A program made the translations under genes and the position numbers. 64,000 bases of DNA, from assembly GCA_965217115.1 (NCBI GenBank), contig OZ244239.1, forward strand, positions 864,001-928,000. The letters are read 5' to 3'. Numbering within the stretch: position 1 is the stretch's first letter; each line of letters starts with the position of its first letter. This document shows positions 1 through 10,539 of this stretch, in pieces. The notes beneath the pieces were generated by a model. It saw only the letters and a list, made by a program, of their open reading frames with translations, made no database searches and was not told where the DNA came from. The stretch comes from Bdellovibrionales bacterium (lineage in GTDB: Bacteria; Bdellovibrionota; Bdellovibrionia; Bdellovibrionales; CAYMLA01).

Positions 1-949
1 GCTTAAATAATTTTTCTTTTCTTTTCTCAACCCGATTCTCTAACTCCAGTAAAACCTCTTCTCGGTCAATAGAATGAATTAGCTCAAAACGGCCAACAAT
101 ATTTTTTATTTTATTTTTCTGTAACCGTCCAACAAAATGCCATTCAATATCTGGCGCCCGCCCCTTTAACTCTTTTTGTTTCTCTAATGCTTCTTGCACA
201 TAGCTTTCACCAAAAACACGTTGTCCACATTCGTAAACTGTAAAGATATCTTCACTGCTTTTACTCTTAGAGATTGCCACCAACTGTGCGTTTTTTTTAT
301 TCATTTTCCTACGAATAATTTCTAAATTTTCTCGCAACACATCCCTTTGTGTTTTGTAACATGTAATCAGCCAATTCAATTCCTGCAATTTTTTTTTCAA
401 CCTCTCTACAGGAAGTCCTACTACATTCCAATAAGATCCTTCATATTTTTCAACAAACTGATTTCCTCGACCCTGAATACCATAGGACCCTGCTTTGTCC
501 AAAGGCTCTCCTGTCAAAACATAGCTTTGAATCTCGTCTTTGGACAATTCACGAAACCATACCTTTGTCGTTTCAACAAAGGAACTCAACTCCCCTGTCT
601 CACCATTGAACAAAGCCACCGCCGTCTTGACCTCATGCTCACAGCCAGACAACTGTCCTAAAGTCCTGATACTCTCATCAGCGTCTTTTGGCTTACCCAG
701 AACTCTTCCATCAAGAACCACCAAGGTGTCCGCTGAGATCAAGATAAAGTTCTTTAATTCTAGATGGTTAGAGGTTTTCTTCGCCATCTGAATTTTTTGA
801 CAGGCTAGGGCCTGAATTTGCTCGTCTAAATTCAGGTTTTTGTTAAGAATTTCCGATACTTCAATTGGGTGAGAAAGAAAATCAAACCCGAATTGAGACA
901 ATATCTCATAACGTCGTGGGGATTTAGAGGCGAGCAATAGCTTCTTCAT
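1..949 (-). CDS. Maf nucleotide pyrophosphatase fused in frame to YggS/PLPBP (runs off the window edge)
   Basis: Manual translation from ATG 949 gives Maf motifs MKKLLLASKSPRR, ISADTLVVLDGRVLGKP, DKAGSYGIQG and NVVGLP. It continues without a stop into YggS motifs LVAISK, FGESYVQEA, WHFVGRLQKNK and IHSID. Absent from the ORF track because there is no stop in the window. Confidence 0.85.
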   Translation of the reverse strand, partial: MKKLLLASKSPRRYEILSQFGFDFLSHPIEVSEILNKNLNLDEQIQALACQKIQMAKKTSNHLELKNFILISADTLVVLDGRVLGKPKDADESIRTLGQLSGCEHEVKTAVALFNGETGELSSFVETTKVWFRELSKDEIQSYVLTGEPLDKAGSYGIQGRGNQFVEKYEGSYWNVVGLPVERLKKKLQELNWLITCYKTQRDVLRENLEIIRRKMNKKNAQLVAISKSKSSEDIFTVYECGQRVFGESYVQEALEKQKELKGRAPDIEWHFVGRLQKNKIKNIVGRFELIHSIDREEVLLELENRVEKRKEKLFK

Positions 950-977
950 AACCCCATTGAACCTTAAAGGATCGTAG

Positions 978-1880
978 ATGGGAAGTGATGAAATTTTTCT
1001 TTTTGCTGGATTACTTTTAGCAGGTATTTCCATTTACCTACTGCTCACGGCTATCTTGTCCAACAACAACGATGAACAATCTCTTTCATGGGCAACTGGC
1101 ACCGAACCTGAAAAATCTAAATTCTGGTTACTAGAAGCCTCTCGTCCATTGGTTCATCAATTTACCCTGCAACACGCTTTGCGTATTAAAAACCAACGCT
1201 ATCGACAGAGAGTCGCCAAAAAAATCCTTACAGGAGGACTCAGTCAAGAAGTAAATACCGATGAATTTATTGGACTACAAATACTTTGGGGAATTTTAGC
1301 TCCCATTGTTTTTTTCATCATGAATTTCTCTCTCGATTTAGGTTTCCCACAATGGATGATCATTTCTATGATTCCTATGGGAATTATGCTTCCCCATCTC
1401 TACGCTAGAAGAGAAAAAGCTGCACGAGCTAAGTCAGTCCTAAGAGATTTGCCTTTCTTTCTTGATCTTTTAGCTCTCTCAACAGAAGCAGGGTTAGATT
1501 TTATCAGTGCTATCAAAAGGATTGCAGACAAAGCCGAAGATAGTGTCCTGGGTGACGAATTTTCTCTGGTTCTTAGAGATATCAAACTCGGCTCCTCAAG
1601 ATCTGATGCAATGAAAGCCATGAGTCATCGTCTCGATATTTCCGAAATCACTAGCTTCGTCTCTGTTCTTCTCGATGCTGATTCTACAGGAGCTAGTATT
1701 GCACAGGTCCTCAAAGATCAATCTGAACAAATGCGACTGGAAAGGTTTGTACGCGCTGAAAAAGCAGGAGCTCAGGCCTCTCAAGCCATATTAATTCCTC
1801 TGATGATGTTTATCCTTCCGGCTGTTTTTATTATGGTTTTCGGACCTGTTGTTTTGCAATTTTATTATGGAGGTGGCTAA
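978..1880 (+). CDS. tadC: Tad pilus inner-membrane platform protein (T2SS F family, TadC-like)
   Basis: DLPFFLDLLALSTEAGLDF, ARKEKAG-type C-terminus (RAEKAGAQAS..ILIPLMMFILPA) and TM segments. Confidence 0.85.
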   Translation: MGSDEIFLFAGLLLAGISIYLLLTAILSNNNDEQSLSWATGTEPEKSKFWLLEASRPLVHQFTLQHALRIKNQRYRQRVAKKILTGGLSQEVNTDEFIGLQILWGILAPIVFFIMNFSLDLGFPQWMIISMIPMGIMLPHLYARREKAARAKSVLRDLPFFLDLLALSTEAGLDFISAIKRIADKAEDSVLGDEFSLVLRDIKLGSSRSDAMKAMSHRLDISEITSFVSVLLDADSTGASIAQVLKDQSEQMRLERFVRAEKAGAQASQAILIPLMMFILPAVFIMVFGPVVLQFYYGGG

Positions 1881-2224
1881 TGCAGTTATTTAAAAATGCC
1901 TCTTCAAAACCCATAATAGAGCATCTAGAAGTTGCAGACACTTTTCTAATCAAAGCTAAAGGCCTTCTCGGACGCAAATCACTCCACCATTCACAAGCTC
2001 TTTGGATCAAGGACTGTTCAAGCATTCATACTTTTTTTATGCACTTCTCCATAGATGCTATTTTTATCGATAAAGAGATGACTGTTCAAAAAATTTGTAC
2101 ACACATTCCCCCTGGGACTATTCGATGGGGAAATTGGAAGTCACAAGATGTCATCGAAGTGTCTGAAGGAGCCTCAATGGCTCTTTCCATTCATGTAGGA
2201 GATCAACTCAATGTGGGCTGTTAG
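1880..2224 (+). CDS. DUF192-family protein
   Basis: EVADTF..KAKGLLGR and SIHTFFMHFSIDAIFID motifs. Confidence 0.8.
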   Translation: MQLFKNASSKPIIEHLEVADTFLIKAKGLLGRKSLHHSQALWIKDCSSIHTFFMHFSIDAIFIDKEMTVQKICTHIPPGTIRWGNWKSQDVIEVSEGASMALSIHVGDQLNVGC

Positions 2225-3836
2225 ATTTCTCAATGGCCCTATGGCTGGGCAAATTATCAATCTCAAACCAGGGAAAAATATTCTCGGGCGTGGAACTCAA
2301 TGTGATATCAAAATATCCCATAAAGGTATTTCTAAAGAGCATCTAGTAATAGATGTCCTTGAAGATAAATTAATTTTTAAAGATTTGGTTTCTCGCAATG
2401 GATCATTTATTAACGGTGTAAGAATTGAACATGGCCTTATACAGTCAGGCGATAAAATTAGCCTTCATGAGACTCTTATCGATGTTGTTCCCGCTCAACT
2501 TCAAGCTTCCCATCCACCGCTTGAAAGCTTCAGTGGTAATGCCGCTTTAGACTACCAAATGCCTCCTCCAGAAAACCAGCAATCTCCTCAAGCCCAAGAT
2601 TTCGAACATCTAGATATCAATCACACAGATCATATCAACGATTTAGAGATGAATGCCTCAGAAAGTAACGTTAAAAATATTTGGGCTAGAATTCATGATT
2701 ATATAGAGTACGTCATTATGCCTGGAATTTACAAACTACCCACACTTGTTGATTTTCGTCTTGTCATTGCTGGGTTTCTTGGACTCTTTATCATCATTGT
2801 CACATTTCTCTCTGCTATTCCAATGGCACAATTAACAAAATCCAGTATTCAAAAAGAGAGTCGACGTCGCACTATGACCATCGCTCGTAGTTTAGCCCAG
2901 GCTAATCATCAAGCTCTTCTACAAAACCAAGAATCCTCTCTTGACACAAGTGCTGCTGAACTTGAAGAAGGAGTTACTAATGCTCTCATTATTTCCCACA
3001 CCGACGGGTCTATCCTCGCCCCTGCCACTCAAGCTGGGGAGTACCAAGATCTTCCCTTTATCCACAGAGCCCGAAGAGAAAGCAAAGAACTCGTTGAACA
3101 ACTGAATAGCTCTACTATTGGTGCCAGTGTTCCTATCTCCTACTACGACGCAAATATGGGCAGCTATCGAATTAAAGCCCATGCGATCGTTCTCTATAAT
3201 ATGGGTACTCTAGCTGTTGATGATGGACGAGCGCTCAGTCTATTTGTGCAAACTCTTTTTATCGCCCTCATCTTTGGAGCTGTTCTTTTCTTTTTTATTT
3301 ATAAACTTATGGAATTTCCTATTCTAGCTCTCAATCAAAAGCTAGATACAGCCCTTAAAGAAGGGCAAGATAGCACTGAAGTTGATTTTAAATTACCAGT
3401 CTTGCAAAAACTCATTACAAATATCAATAGCCTTCTATCTCGTTCACTCAATGATGAACCCAACGATTTTCAATTTAGCAACAGAGATGCAGAGGCTGAA
3501 AATATTATACAGTTAATTGGTTATCCTGCCATTGCTTTTAGCTCTCAAAATACTATTATTGCTGTCAACGAGTCCTTTGAATCAATAACAGAACAACAGG
3601 CCTTTCAATTACAAAACAAGTCCATTGAAGCCCTGCCTGATCAAGCATTGCAGCTTAATTTAAAAGACCTGCTTGAGAGATCAGAAGAGCAACCTTCATT
3701 GATTGTTACTAATAATTTAAATATCTCAGGAGAGGAATACCAGATTCACTGTCAAAGCATTTGTGGCACAGGACAAAATATAGATTATTATCTCATGTCT
3801 CTAGTCCCCATATATAATGATGACGGAGGCATATGA
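2211..3836 (+). CDS. FHA-domain membrane protein with C-terminal PAS-like region
   Basis: N-terminal FHA (LGRG..CDI..ISKEH..DLVSRNGSFING), two TM segments, PAS-like IIAVNESFE. Confidence 0.75.
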   Translation: MWAVRFLNGPMAGQIINLKPGKNILGRGTQCDIKISHKGISKEHLVIDVLEDKLIFKDLVSRNGSFINGVRIEHGLIQSGDKISLHETLIDVVPAQLQASHPPLESFSGNAALDYQMPPPENQQSPQAQDFEHLDINHTDHINDLEMNASESNVKNIWARIHDYIEYVIMPGIYKLPTLVDFRLVIAGFLGLFIIIVTFLSAIPMAQLTKSSIQKESRRRTMTIARSLAQANHQALLQNQESSLDTSAAELEEGVTNALIISHTDGSILAPATQAGEYQDLPFIHRARRESKELVEQLNSSTIGASVPISYYDANMGSYRIKAHAIVLYNMGTLAVDDGRALSLFVQTLFIALIFGAVLFFFIYKLMEFPILALNQKLDTALKEGQDSTEVDFKLPVLQKLITNINSLLSRSLNDEPNDFQFSNRDAEAENIIQLIGYPAIAFSSQNTIIAVNESFESITEQQAFQLQNKSIEALPDQALQLNLKDLLERSEEQPSLIVTNNLNISGEEYQIHCQSICGTGQNIDYYLMSLVPIYNDDGGI

Positions 3837-4801
3837 GTCAGACTGCCTGTAAAATAATTCCCTCATCATCGACCCTCACTATCACTAGAGGTCCCCACAA
3901 AGGACAATCTTTTTCTGTTGGTGAAAATCCTCTAACTATAGGGCGAGGCTCCAACAGTGATATCATCGTCCAAGATGACCCCCGTTGTAGTCGTCAACAT
4001 GTAAAAATATCTTATTTCAACCAGCAATTTCAAATAGAAAATATTAGTGCTAAAAATCACGTTCTTGTTAATAATGAGCCTGCACAAAAAAAGATTCTCA
4101 AAAATGAAGATCGTATTCTTATCGGTAATACAGAATTACAATTTTCTTTAAAAATGGCTTACGCTAAAGTGGCACCCAACATCTCTGAGGTACCCCCTCC
4201 CCGTCAACAACCTCAAGCTAAAAGACAGGGTGAAATTCCACAAAAAAATAACACTCGTGGAGGACGTCTACGATTCTATGCTATTATTGGAGTTATTGCT
4301 TTATTCGTTTTTTATCTTATATTAGAAGATAAAAATAAAAAAAACGACCCGAACAAACTCGAACTTCGCACATCAGAACAAGTGCAAATGGACTTGGAAG
4401 AATCTATTCAAAACAAAAAAAATTACACGAACCAACTTCAAGATCAAGAAAAAGACACTTCTCAGTATCGAAGTTCACAAACCTACTACTTAAAGGGTTT
4501 TCGTGATTATCGTCAAGGACATTATAAGATGGCTATGCAAGAGTTCAGTGCTGCCCTATCTGTTTTTCCTAAACATTTGCTCGCAAAAAAATACTACGCA
4601 CTTGCAAGAAGAAAATTTAATGAACTCATTCAATTCAATATGATTCAAGGACGACGTTATAAAAGCAAACATAATTACCGATTGTGTAAATCAGCTTTTA
4701 TCAGTGTTCTTCGTATGTCGAACAAACCAAATGAGCCTATATATAAAGAAGCTAAAACTCTATTTGACGAGTGTAATAAGCTCTCCGAAGGGAGGTATTA
4801 A
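3833..4801 (+). CDS. FHA-domain, single-TM, TPR-like protein
   Basis: IGRGSNSDI..DPRCSRQH FHA, one TM helix, helical C-terminus. Confidence 0.75.
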   Translation: MSQTACKIIPSSSTLTITRGPHKGQSFSVGENPLTIGRGSNSDIIVQDDPRCSRQHVKISYFNQQFQIENISAKNHVLVNNEPAQKKILKNEDRILIGNTELQFSLKMAYAKVAPNISEVPPPRQQPQAKRQGEIPQKNNTRGGRLRFYAIIGVIALFVFYLILEDKNKKNDPNKLELRTSEQVQMDLEESIQNKKNYTNQLQDQEKDTSQYRSSQTYYLKGFRDYRQGHYKMAMQEFSAALSVFPKHLLAKKYYALARRKFNELIQFNMIQGRRYKSKHNYRLCKSAFISVLRMSNKPNEPIYKEAKTLFDECNKLSEGRY

Positions 4802-4803
4802 TT

Positions 4804-6837
4804 ATGGCTCGCCTTAGGATCTATCTTCATGGTAAGTTCGTAAAAGAACTCCCTTTGAATGAAAATCAATCTTACACGGGAGGACGAGAGAGTCACTGCG
4901 ACATTGTTCTAGATGCTGAAAAATCTATTTCACGTCAACACTTTAGGTTAGAGTATAAAGACCCCTTTTGGTATTTAGAGAACATATCAAAATACGGAGA
5001 GGTTTTTATTGAAAATGAGAGCGTCTCTTCTATTAAATTTGAATCGGATATCTCTTTTATTATCTCTTCCTACTCCTTTTCTTTTTTCTTTGAAGACGAA
5101 CACGATGACAGAGATCATAACGAAAAATCACTTGTCATTAAACATCCTGAATCACATGCCCCTGTCCCCTTCGTATCAGAACAACAAGAGGATGATTTTG
5201 CTAATAATGAATTTCAAGGCGATAATGAAGGAACCTTCGTCGGATCAGTACAACTTATTCCCCATCTGCGTTTTGTTAATGATCAGCAAATCACGCAAAA
5301 AATCATACGCCTAGAAGGTGATACCTGGGTTGCGGGGCGAGATGAACACTGCCACATACACATTGACGATAAAAAGGTCAGCCGTCGACAATTTGAAATA
5401 CGCCACATCAATGGTCAATACCTTATACGAGATCTCGGTAGTGTTAATGGAACTCTTGTTAACAATCAACGTATTTCATCTGAACAGCCTTATCCACTGA
5501 CAAGCGGCTCTGTTATATCAGTTTTAAATCATCACATGTACTTTGAAATAAAGGATGAGTCTTTTTCTGAAAAAATAGAAACGATTCACCCCTCTCTGCT
5601 CCTACAACCCTACTCATCACAACCTCAACAAGCCTTAACTTCTGCTGCCTCTTCTTCACAATCATCTGAATTCCCTATTACTGATAACCAAGCCCTACCT
5701 CTCTCCATACCTCCCATTACATTTTCTGACTTAAATCCTAAAAAGTGGGATTCTTTAAGGTTAGAGCAGCGTCTGCAACAATTTGATTTAAGACAACATA
5801 GATTTCGTCTTGTTCTAATCACTCTTATTGTCTTTATTCTTATTGGCTCTTTGTTTACTCCCCCACCTGAAGAGAAAAAAGAGGCGACTCAGATAGTCAC
5901 AAACGACCCCTTCACACAACTCCCATTGGAAAAACAAGAGCTTATCAAACACTCCTTACAACTCGCAAATAATCTGTATATGCAAGCAAAATACGAACTT
6001 GCAGCCGCTGAAATTAGAAAAATCCATGACTTAATTCCTCAGTATGAAAACTCTAAGGAACTTGAAGAACTTTCTATGCAGGCTCTTGATACTATCAAAA
6101 AACAAGAACTTCTTGAGAGACAAGCACAGCAGGAGGCCGAATTACATCAAAAAATATCAAACATTCTTTTTAAATGTAAAAATATCCTACAAAAAATTAA
6201 ATCCTCTTCAGAAATAAAGGCATGTCTCTCTGAAGCTCAACAACTAGACCCTGAAAACATAGAAATCCAACACCTCATATTAGAGGCACAAGAAAAAGAA
6301 GCTGAATATAAAAGAAAACAAGATGAGAGAAAAAAATATCATCATAAAATCGTCAAAGGTCAGAATATATTTAGGCAAGCTAAGGATTTACATCAGAAAG
6401 GAAAATTTCTTTCTGCACGAAAAATTTACCATCGCTTACTAAAATCAGGCCTTCCCGACCCCAGTGGTCTTAAAGTTATTGCACGCAGAAAAATAGCCTC
6501 CATCGAAATATCTATTTCAAACAAAATTCGTCAAATTATTAGTGATAGTGAACAAGCCTATCAAAGTGGTGCATTTAAAAAGGCCTTAAAGTTTTTGGAA
6601 CAATCTTCTGAAGTTGATCCTGAAAATAAAATCATTTTACAAAAAATAACTTCTATCAAAAAAGATCTAGAGAAAAAAATGCAAAATCTTTACCAAGAAA
6701 GCGTTCTTGAAGAGGCTCTTGGTAAGGTTGACGACGCACTTTCTGGTTGGGAGAAAATTATCGAACAAGATCACGAAACTGGTAAATACTATAAAAAAGC
6801 ATATATCAAGCTCAAAAAGTATGGAAGAAATCCATGA
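4804..6837 (+). CDS. Tandem-FHA, single-TM, TPR/coiled-coil protein
   Basis: Two FHA motifs (GGRESHCDI..SISRQH; AGRDEHC..VSRRQF..DLGSVNGT), TM, helical repeats. Confidence 0.75.
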   Translation: MARLRIYLHGKFVKELPLNENQSYTGGRESHCDIVLDAEKSISRQHFRLEYKDPFWYLENISKYGEVFIENESVSSIKFESDISFIISSYSFSFFFEDEHDDRDHNEKSLVIKHPESHAPVPFVSEQQEDDFANNEFQGDNEGTFVGSVQLIPHLRFVNDQQITQKIIRLEGDTWVAGRDEHCHIHIDDKKVSRRQFEIRHINGQYLIRDLGSVNGTLVNNQRISSEQPYPLTSGSVISVLNHHMYFEIKDESFSEKIETIHPSLLLQPYSSQPQQALTSAASSSQSSEFPITDNQALPLSIPPITFSDLNPKKWDSLRLEQRLQQFDLRQHRFRLVLITLIVFILIGSLFTPPPEEKKEATQIVTNDPFTQLPLEKQELIKHSLQLANNLYMQAKYELAAAEIRKIHDLIPQYENSKELEELSMQALDTIKKQELLERQAQQEAELHQKISNILFKCKNILQKIKSSSEIKACLSEAQQLDPENIEIQHLILEAQEKEAEYKRKQDERKKYHHKIVKGQNIFRQAKDLHQKGKFLSARKIYHRLLKSGLPDPSGLKVIARRKIASIEISISNKIRQIISDSEQAYQSGAFKKALKFLEQSSEVDPENKIILQKITSIKKDLEKKMQNLYQESVLEEALGKVDDALSGWEKIIEQDHETGKYYKKAYIKLKKYGRNP

Positions 6838-7526
6838 TTCTGCAGCAAAGAAATTATAAAGGCCAGTTTTCATATCCACAGCCTATTATTTTCAATGATG
6901 AAAACCATCTCTTAACTGTTATTGCTCTACCATGGGGCAATAGCGATATCACGGAGCAGGGGCTACAGGTTTTTTCTGATTATTACCTCTCTTCCTTAGA
7001 TGATGTGGAGTCTACCTCTCTTTTTGAAAAACTCTCTTGCTTTAGCGACACTCTTAACAATCTGAGAATTGCAGCCCTCTTAACCAATGATTATATTTAC
7101 AAACACCACAACTCTTCTAATCTCTTAGGAGCTATGGAATTTCTTGCCATAGCTCATACTAAAAATCAAATATCTTGGATTAAAGTAGGCGGTCCTAATA
7201 TCTTTCTTTGTCGTAGAGAACAAAACATCTCTCCTCTTGCTGTGTCCTTTAGTTTGCAAGAAGAGCTCACATCTTGTGTTTCTCCTTTACCCAAGAATCT
7301 TCTTGGTGTTGAAAAGCACTGTAATATGATGTTAGATAGCTTTATTTTACAAGAGAATGACCATCTTATTCTTACTACTAAAAACTGCTTACAAACGGAT
7401 TTCTATTCTTCATCTTCACAGAATAGAGAATTGCAAAATATCTCTAGTCTTATTACAAGTGCAGATCCCAAACAACCTTTCTGGATTGGCCTGTATGAAC
7501 CTCCTGTGGATTCCCTCTCTAGATAA
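6834..7526 (+). CDS. Hypothetical protein, possibly a degenerate PP2C-like fold
   Basis: ISWIKVGG, LPKNLLGV and DHLILTT resemble PP2C motif order but lack the DG metal ligands. Overlaps the upstream stop. Confidence 0.45.
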   Translation: MILQQRNYKGQFSYPQPIIFNDENHLLTVIALPWGNSDITEQGLQVFSDYYLSSLDDVESTSLFEKLSCFSDTLNNLRIAALLTNDYIYKHHNSSNLLGAMEFLAIAHTKNQISWIKVGGPNIFLCRREQNISPLAVSFSLQEELTSCVSPLPKNLLGVEKHCNMMLDSFILQENDHLILTTKNCLQTDFYSSSSQNRELQNISSLITSADPKQPFWIGLYEPPVDSLSR

Positions 7527-7543
7527 TGAAATTAAATGGCCCC

Positions 7544-9352
7544 TCAAAAAAAGCTCTTTTGAGCACGCTTTTCTATTATTTCCGTAACCCACCTATACTC
7601 TGGTAAACTCAATATTACATCTATATCGGATGCTCCATAATTTTTCGTCATATCTATATCCCAAGAGAACCCTGCTTGAATATTCAGGTGACCTATCTGA
7701 GTGTCCATTTTATTTCTAAAATAACTTCCTAAAAACGCCTCTTTTTTTCTTTTTCTTACAGAAGAACCCTTCTTTTCTTGGATCCATTGAGAAAATTTAA
7801 TAATGACGAGATCATTACAGTGACGGAAAAGCATTCTTTCTTTTTTCTTTTTTCCTAGAAGATCTAAACAACCTTCTCGTGGAAAAGAACTCTCTTCATG
7901 TAAGTGAAATTCTGCAACTGCTTCCCATACAGTATCTTTAAATTTTTTACCTAACTTTTTTAATTCTAACCATTTTTTTTTCTTTAAAAGAAATAGCACT
8001 AACCAGCTAGCTATTTGTTTATCCTTAGGGTTCTTGAGATTTAGCGCTCTAATGTCTCTGTAGTCCTCATCACTAAAATATCCTTTACCAAAAACCTGAC
8101 TTGCAATGTGATATTTTTCAAGGGCCTCAGAATTTTCTGAATCCCAAAATAAAAAACCTTTAGTCTGAAGAAATGGCTGCATCTTTTTAAGAAAATCAAC
8201 ATAAATTCTATCATTAGATGAGACAGGGGAAACCTCAAAATGATCTACAAAGGAGTTATATAATTTTGGAGAAGACTCATGAAAGTACAAAAAAGGGCCT
8301 TGTCGTAAAGTAAAACGACTCTCTCCTAACCCCCTCCACTGACTCCACCCTGATTCAGTCAATATGATTTTTTTTTCTATATGTTTTTCTATGCTTTTTC
8401 CTTTTTTATTAAAAACATCATTTTTTAAAGAAGATGTCTTTAAAAAAAAATCCGTCCTCTTAGGTAAGGCTAAGTCCAAGCTATCAAATAAAAAATTTCC
8501 AACATCTATCAGAGACACATTGCGATCCTCCTTCCACTGCAAGCCTGTGTCTCTTTTCTTGCTTTGAGGCTTGATCAATAAAGCGACTTGAGTGTTTTCA
8601 CTGAACAAATTAAAACTTTTAATTTCATTCCATTTACTGTTTTTTAATCTGCCATTAAGACCGACAAGAACAACCACTGTATTATGCCAACGATTCATTT
8701 TTTTTAATTGACTCCACAACCAAGAAAGCGATTCATCCAGCTCCTCTAATTGTCCTTTATAAGATTTTTCTCTAATTTTTCCTAAACCTGAGATCGTTTC
8801 TTTTGAAGGAAATTGTAAATCAGGAATATAAATAACAGAGAAAAAGCGCTGTCTCCCCATATTTTTTAGCCAAGAAGCGAACAACTCAAAGTTTGTACTT
8901 GCGTCTCGATAATAATTTCCAATTCCTACGGGAATTTGATCATTAAACACCTCAAACCCTTGATTAATACCCGATTTACTCCAAACAGGAACTCCTCCAG
9001 AGAAAAAGCTTGTCCGAATTCCCTTATTCAAGGCCTTCTCGGCAACGGTTTGATAGCGACTAGATAAATATTGATCGCCGTTATGCCATAAATTAATTTC
9101 TGATGGATAACGTGCTGTTAATAAAGACCCGAGGGCTGGCTGTTGTAATACAGATGTTGTGTAAGCATGGGTAAAACGCACTGACTCTTTACAAAAAGAA
9201 TGTAGCCCTTTGAAGCTCGCTTCACAATTAACTTCATCTACTGGCAATGAATCCACTGCTAAAAGTAAAACAGAAGGAGCTTCTTCATCACTCCAGCCAC
9301 AACCCGACTGAACCAAAGTCCATATTAATAGAAGTAAAATAGCGCTTCGCAA
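7544..9352 (-). CDS. Sulfatase/alkaline-phosphatase-superfamily lipoprotein
   Basis: PSVLLLAVDSL, RFTHAYT, SLLTARYP, GINQGFEVF; signal peptide with Cys. Confidence 0.7.
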   Translation of the reverse strand: MRSAILLLLIWTLVQSGCGWSDEEAPSVLLLAVDSLPVDEVNCEASFKGLHSFCKESVRFTHAYTTSVLQQPALGSLLTARYPSEINLWHNGDQYLSSRYQTVAEKALNKGIRTSFFSGGVPVWSKSGINQGFEVFNDQIPVGIGNYYRDASTNFELFASWLKNMGRQRFFSVIYIPDLQFPSKETISGLGKIREKSYKGQLEELDESLSWLWSQLKKMNRWHNTVVVLVGLNGRLKNSKWNEIKSFNLFSENTQVALLIKPQSKKRDTGLQWKEDRNVSLIDVGNFLFDSLDLALPKRTDFFLKTSSLKNDVFNKKGKSIEKHIEKKIILTESGWSQWRGLGESRFTLRQGPFLYFHESSPKLYNSFVDHFEVSPVSSNDRIYVDFLKKMQPFLQTKGFLFWDSENSEALEKYHIASQVFGKGYFSDEDYRDIRALNLKNPKDKQIASWLVLFLLKKKKWLELKKLGKKFKDTVWEAVAEFHLHEESSFPREGCLDLLGKKKKERMLFRHCNDLVIIKFSQWIQEKKGSSVRKRKKEAFLGSYFRNKMDTQIGHLNIQAGFSWDIDMTKNYGASDIDVILSLPEYRWVTEIIEKRAQKSFF

Positions 9353-9482
9353 GTCAATTCTCCATGCACATATACTTTTTATTGTTTATTTTTTACACTA
9401 TACTAGTATTAACAACTCAGAGACAATATTTAAGACACAGAGGGCCTGTAATAATATTATCTTCAGATAAAAGGAATTTATC

Positions 9483-10112
9483 ATGTTAACTCAAAAAATT
9501 TTTTCTTTTGCACAATCAGCTGATGAGGCGATTTTGGCCTTTCTACTACTTCTAAGCTGTATCAGTATAGGCCTCATCTTAGAAAGATTCTTTACACTCC
9601 GTCGCGTGAAGAATGAGAGTGATCTCATAAAGAAGAGAATCTCTCTCGCTCTACAAACATACAGTCTTGAAAGTATCGAAGATATTGCTCATCAGCTCCA
9701 CACCCTTGAAGGCCGAGCACTTTCATATGCTCTGAAACACCTCAAAGAAACTGGCTCTAAAGGGCTTGAAGAAATTTTTAATGCTTTCGTTTATCTAGAA
9801 AAACCAAAATTAGATCGTTATCTCAGTTTTCTTGCCACTGTTGGGTCAACAGCTCCTTTTATTGGTCTCTTAGGAACTGTTCTCGGTATTATGAAAGCCT
9901 TTAATGACCTGGCTTTAGCCAATGAAGCTGGACAAGCTACCGTTATGGCTGGAATTTCAGTTGCTCTTGTCGCCACTGCCGTTGGACTGTTTGTCGCAAT
10001 TCCTGCAATCGTCGCATACAATTATTATCAACGCCAAGTAAAATCCATTTTAATGAACTTAGAGGGCATCAAAGAGATTTGCTCTGCCTACGCTGCTAAA
10101 AAGGGACTTTAA
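9483..10112 (+). CDS. MotA/TolQ/ExbB proton channel protein
   Basis: LATVGSTAPFIGLLGTVLGIM and ALVATAVGLFVAIPA. Confidence 0.9.
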   Translation: MLTQKIFSFAQSADEAILAFLLLLSCISIGLILERFFTLRRVKNESDLIKKRISLALQTYSLESIEDIAHQLHTLEGRALSYALKHLKETGSKGLEEIFNAFVYLEKPKLDRYLSFLATVGSTAPFIGLLGTVLGIMKAFNDLALANEAGQATVMAGISVALVATAVGLFVAIPAIVAYNYYQRQVKSILMNLEGIKEICSAYAAKKGL

Positions 10113-10520
10113 ATGGCTGGAGGTTTTCACAATTCAGACGATGATCCTATTGCTGAAATTAACATTGTTCCACTAGTTGATATTATACTTGTTGTACTTA
10201 TTATTTTTATGGTCACTGCTCCAATGATCATGAAACCAAGCATCAATGTAAAACTTCCAAAAGCAGTCAGCGGTGAAAGCACCAAAGCGTCAAAACTTCA
10301 CATCACTGTTGGAATTAATAATGTATTGTTTTTAAACGGTAAAAAAATCACCTTAAATAAAATCGGTAGCTTTTCACGGAAACAAGTGAGTAAAAATCCC
10401 GATGTCCAAGCAATCATTGCTGCTGATGAGAAGGTGCCACATGGGCGTGTTGTTCAAGTTTTAGACAAGGTTAAAGCCTCTGGCGTCAGAAAATTTGCTA
10501 TCAGTATCGATAGAAAGTAA
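10113..10520 (+). CDS. ExbD/TolR family protein
   Basis: EINIVPLVDIILVVLIIFMVTAP and ADEKVPHGRVVQVLD. Confidence 0.9.
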   Translation: MAGGFHNSDDDPIAEINIVPLVDIILVVLIIFMVTAPMIMKPSINVKLPKAVSGESTKASKLHITVGINNVLFLNGKKITLNKIGSFSRKQVSKNPDVQAIIAADEKVPHGRVVQVLDKVKASGVRKFAISIDRK

Positions 10521-10539
10521 TACTGCCTTGAACGAAAAC

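Noticed and set aside
347..791. Plus-strand ORFs 347..661 and 540..791
   Set aside because: Antisense shadows of the maf coding region; the same applies to other short ORFs nested in recognised genes
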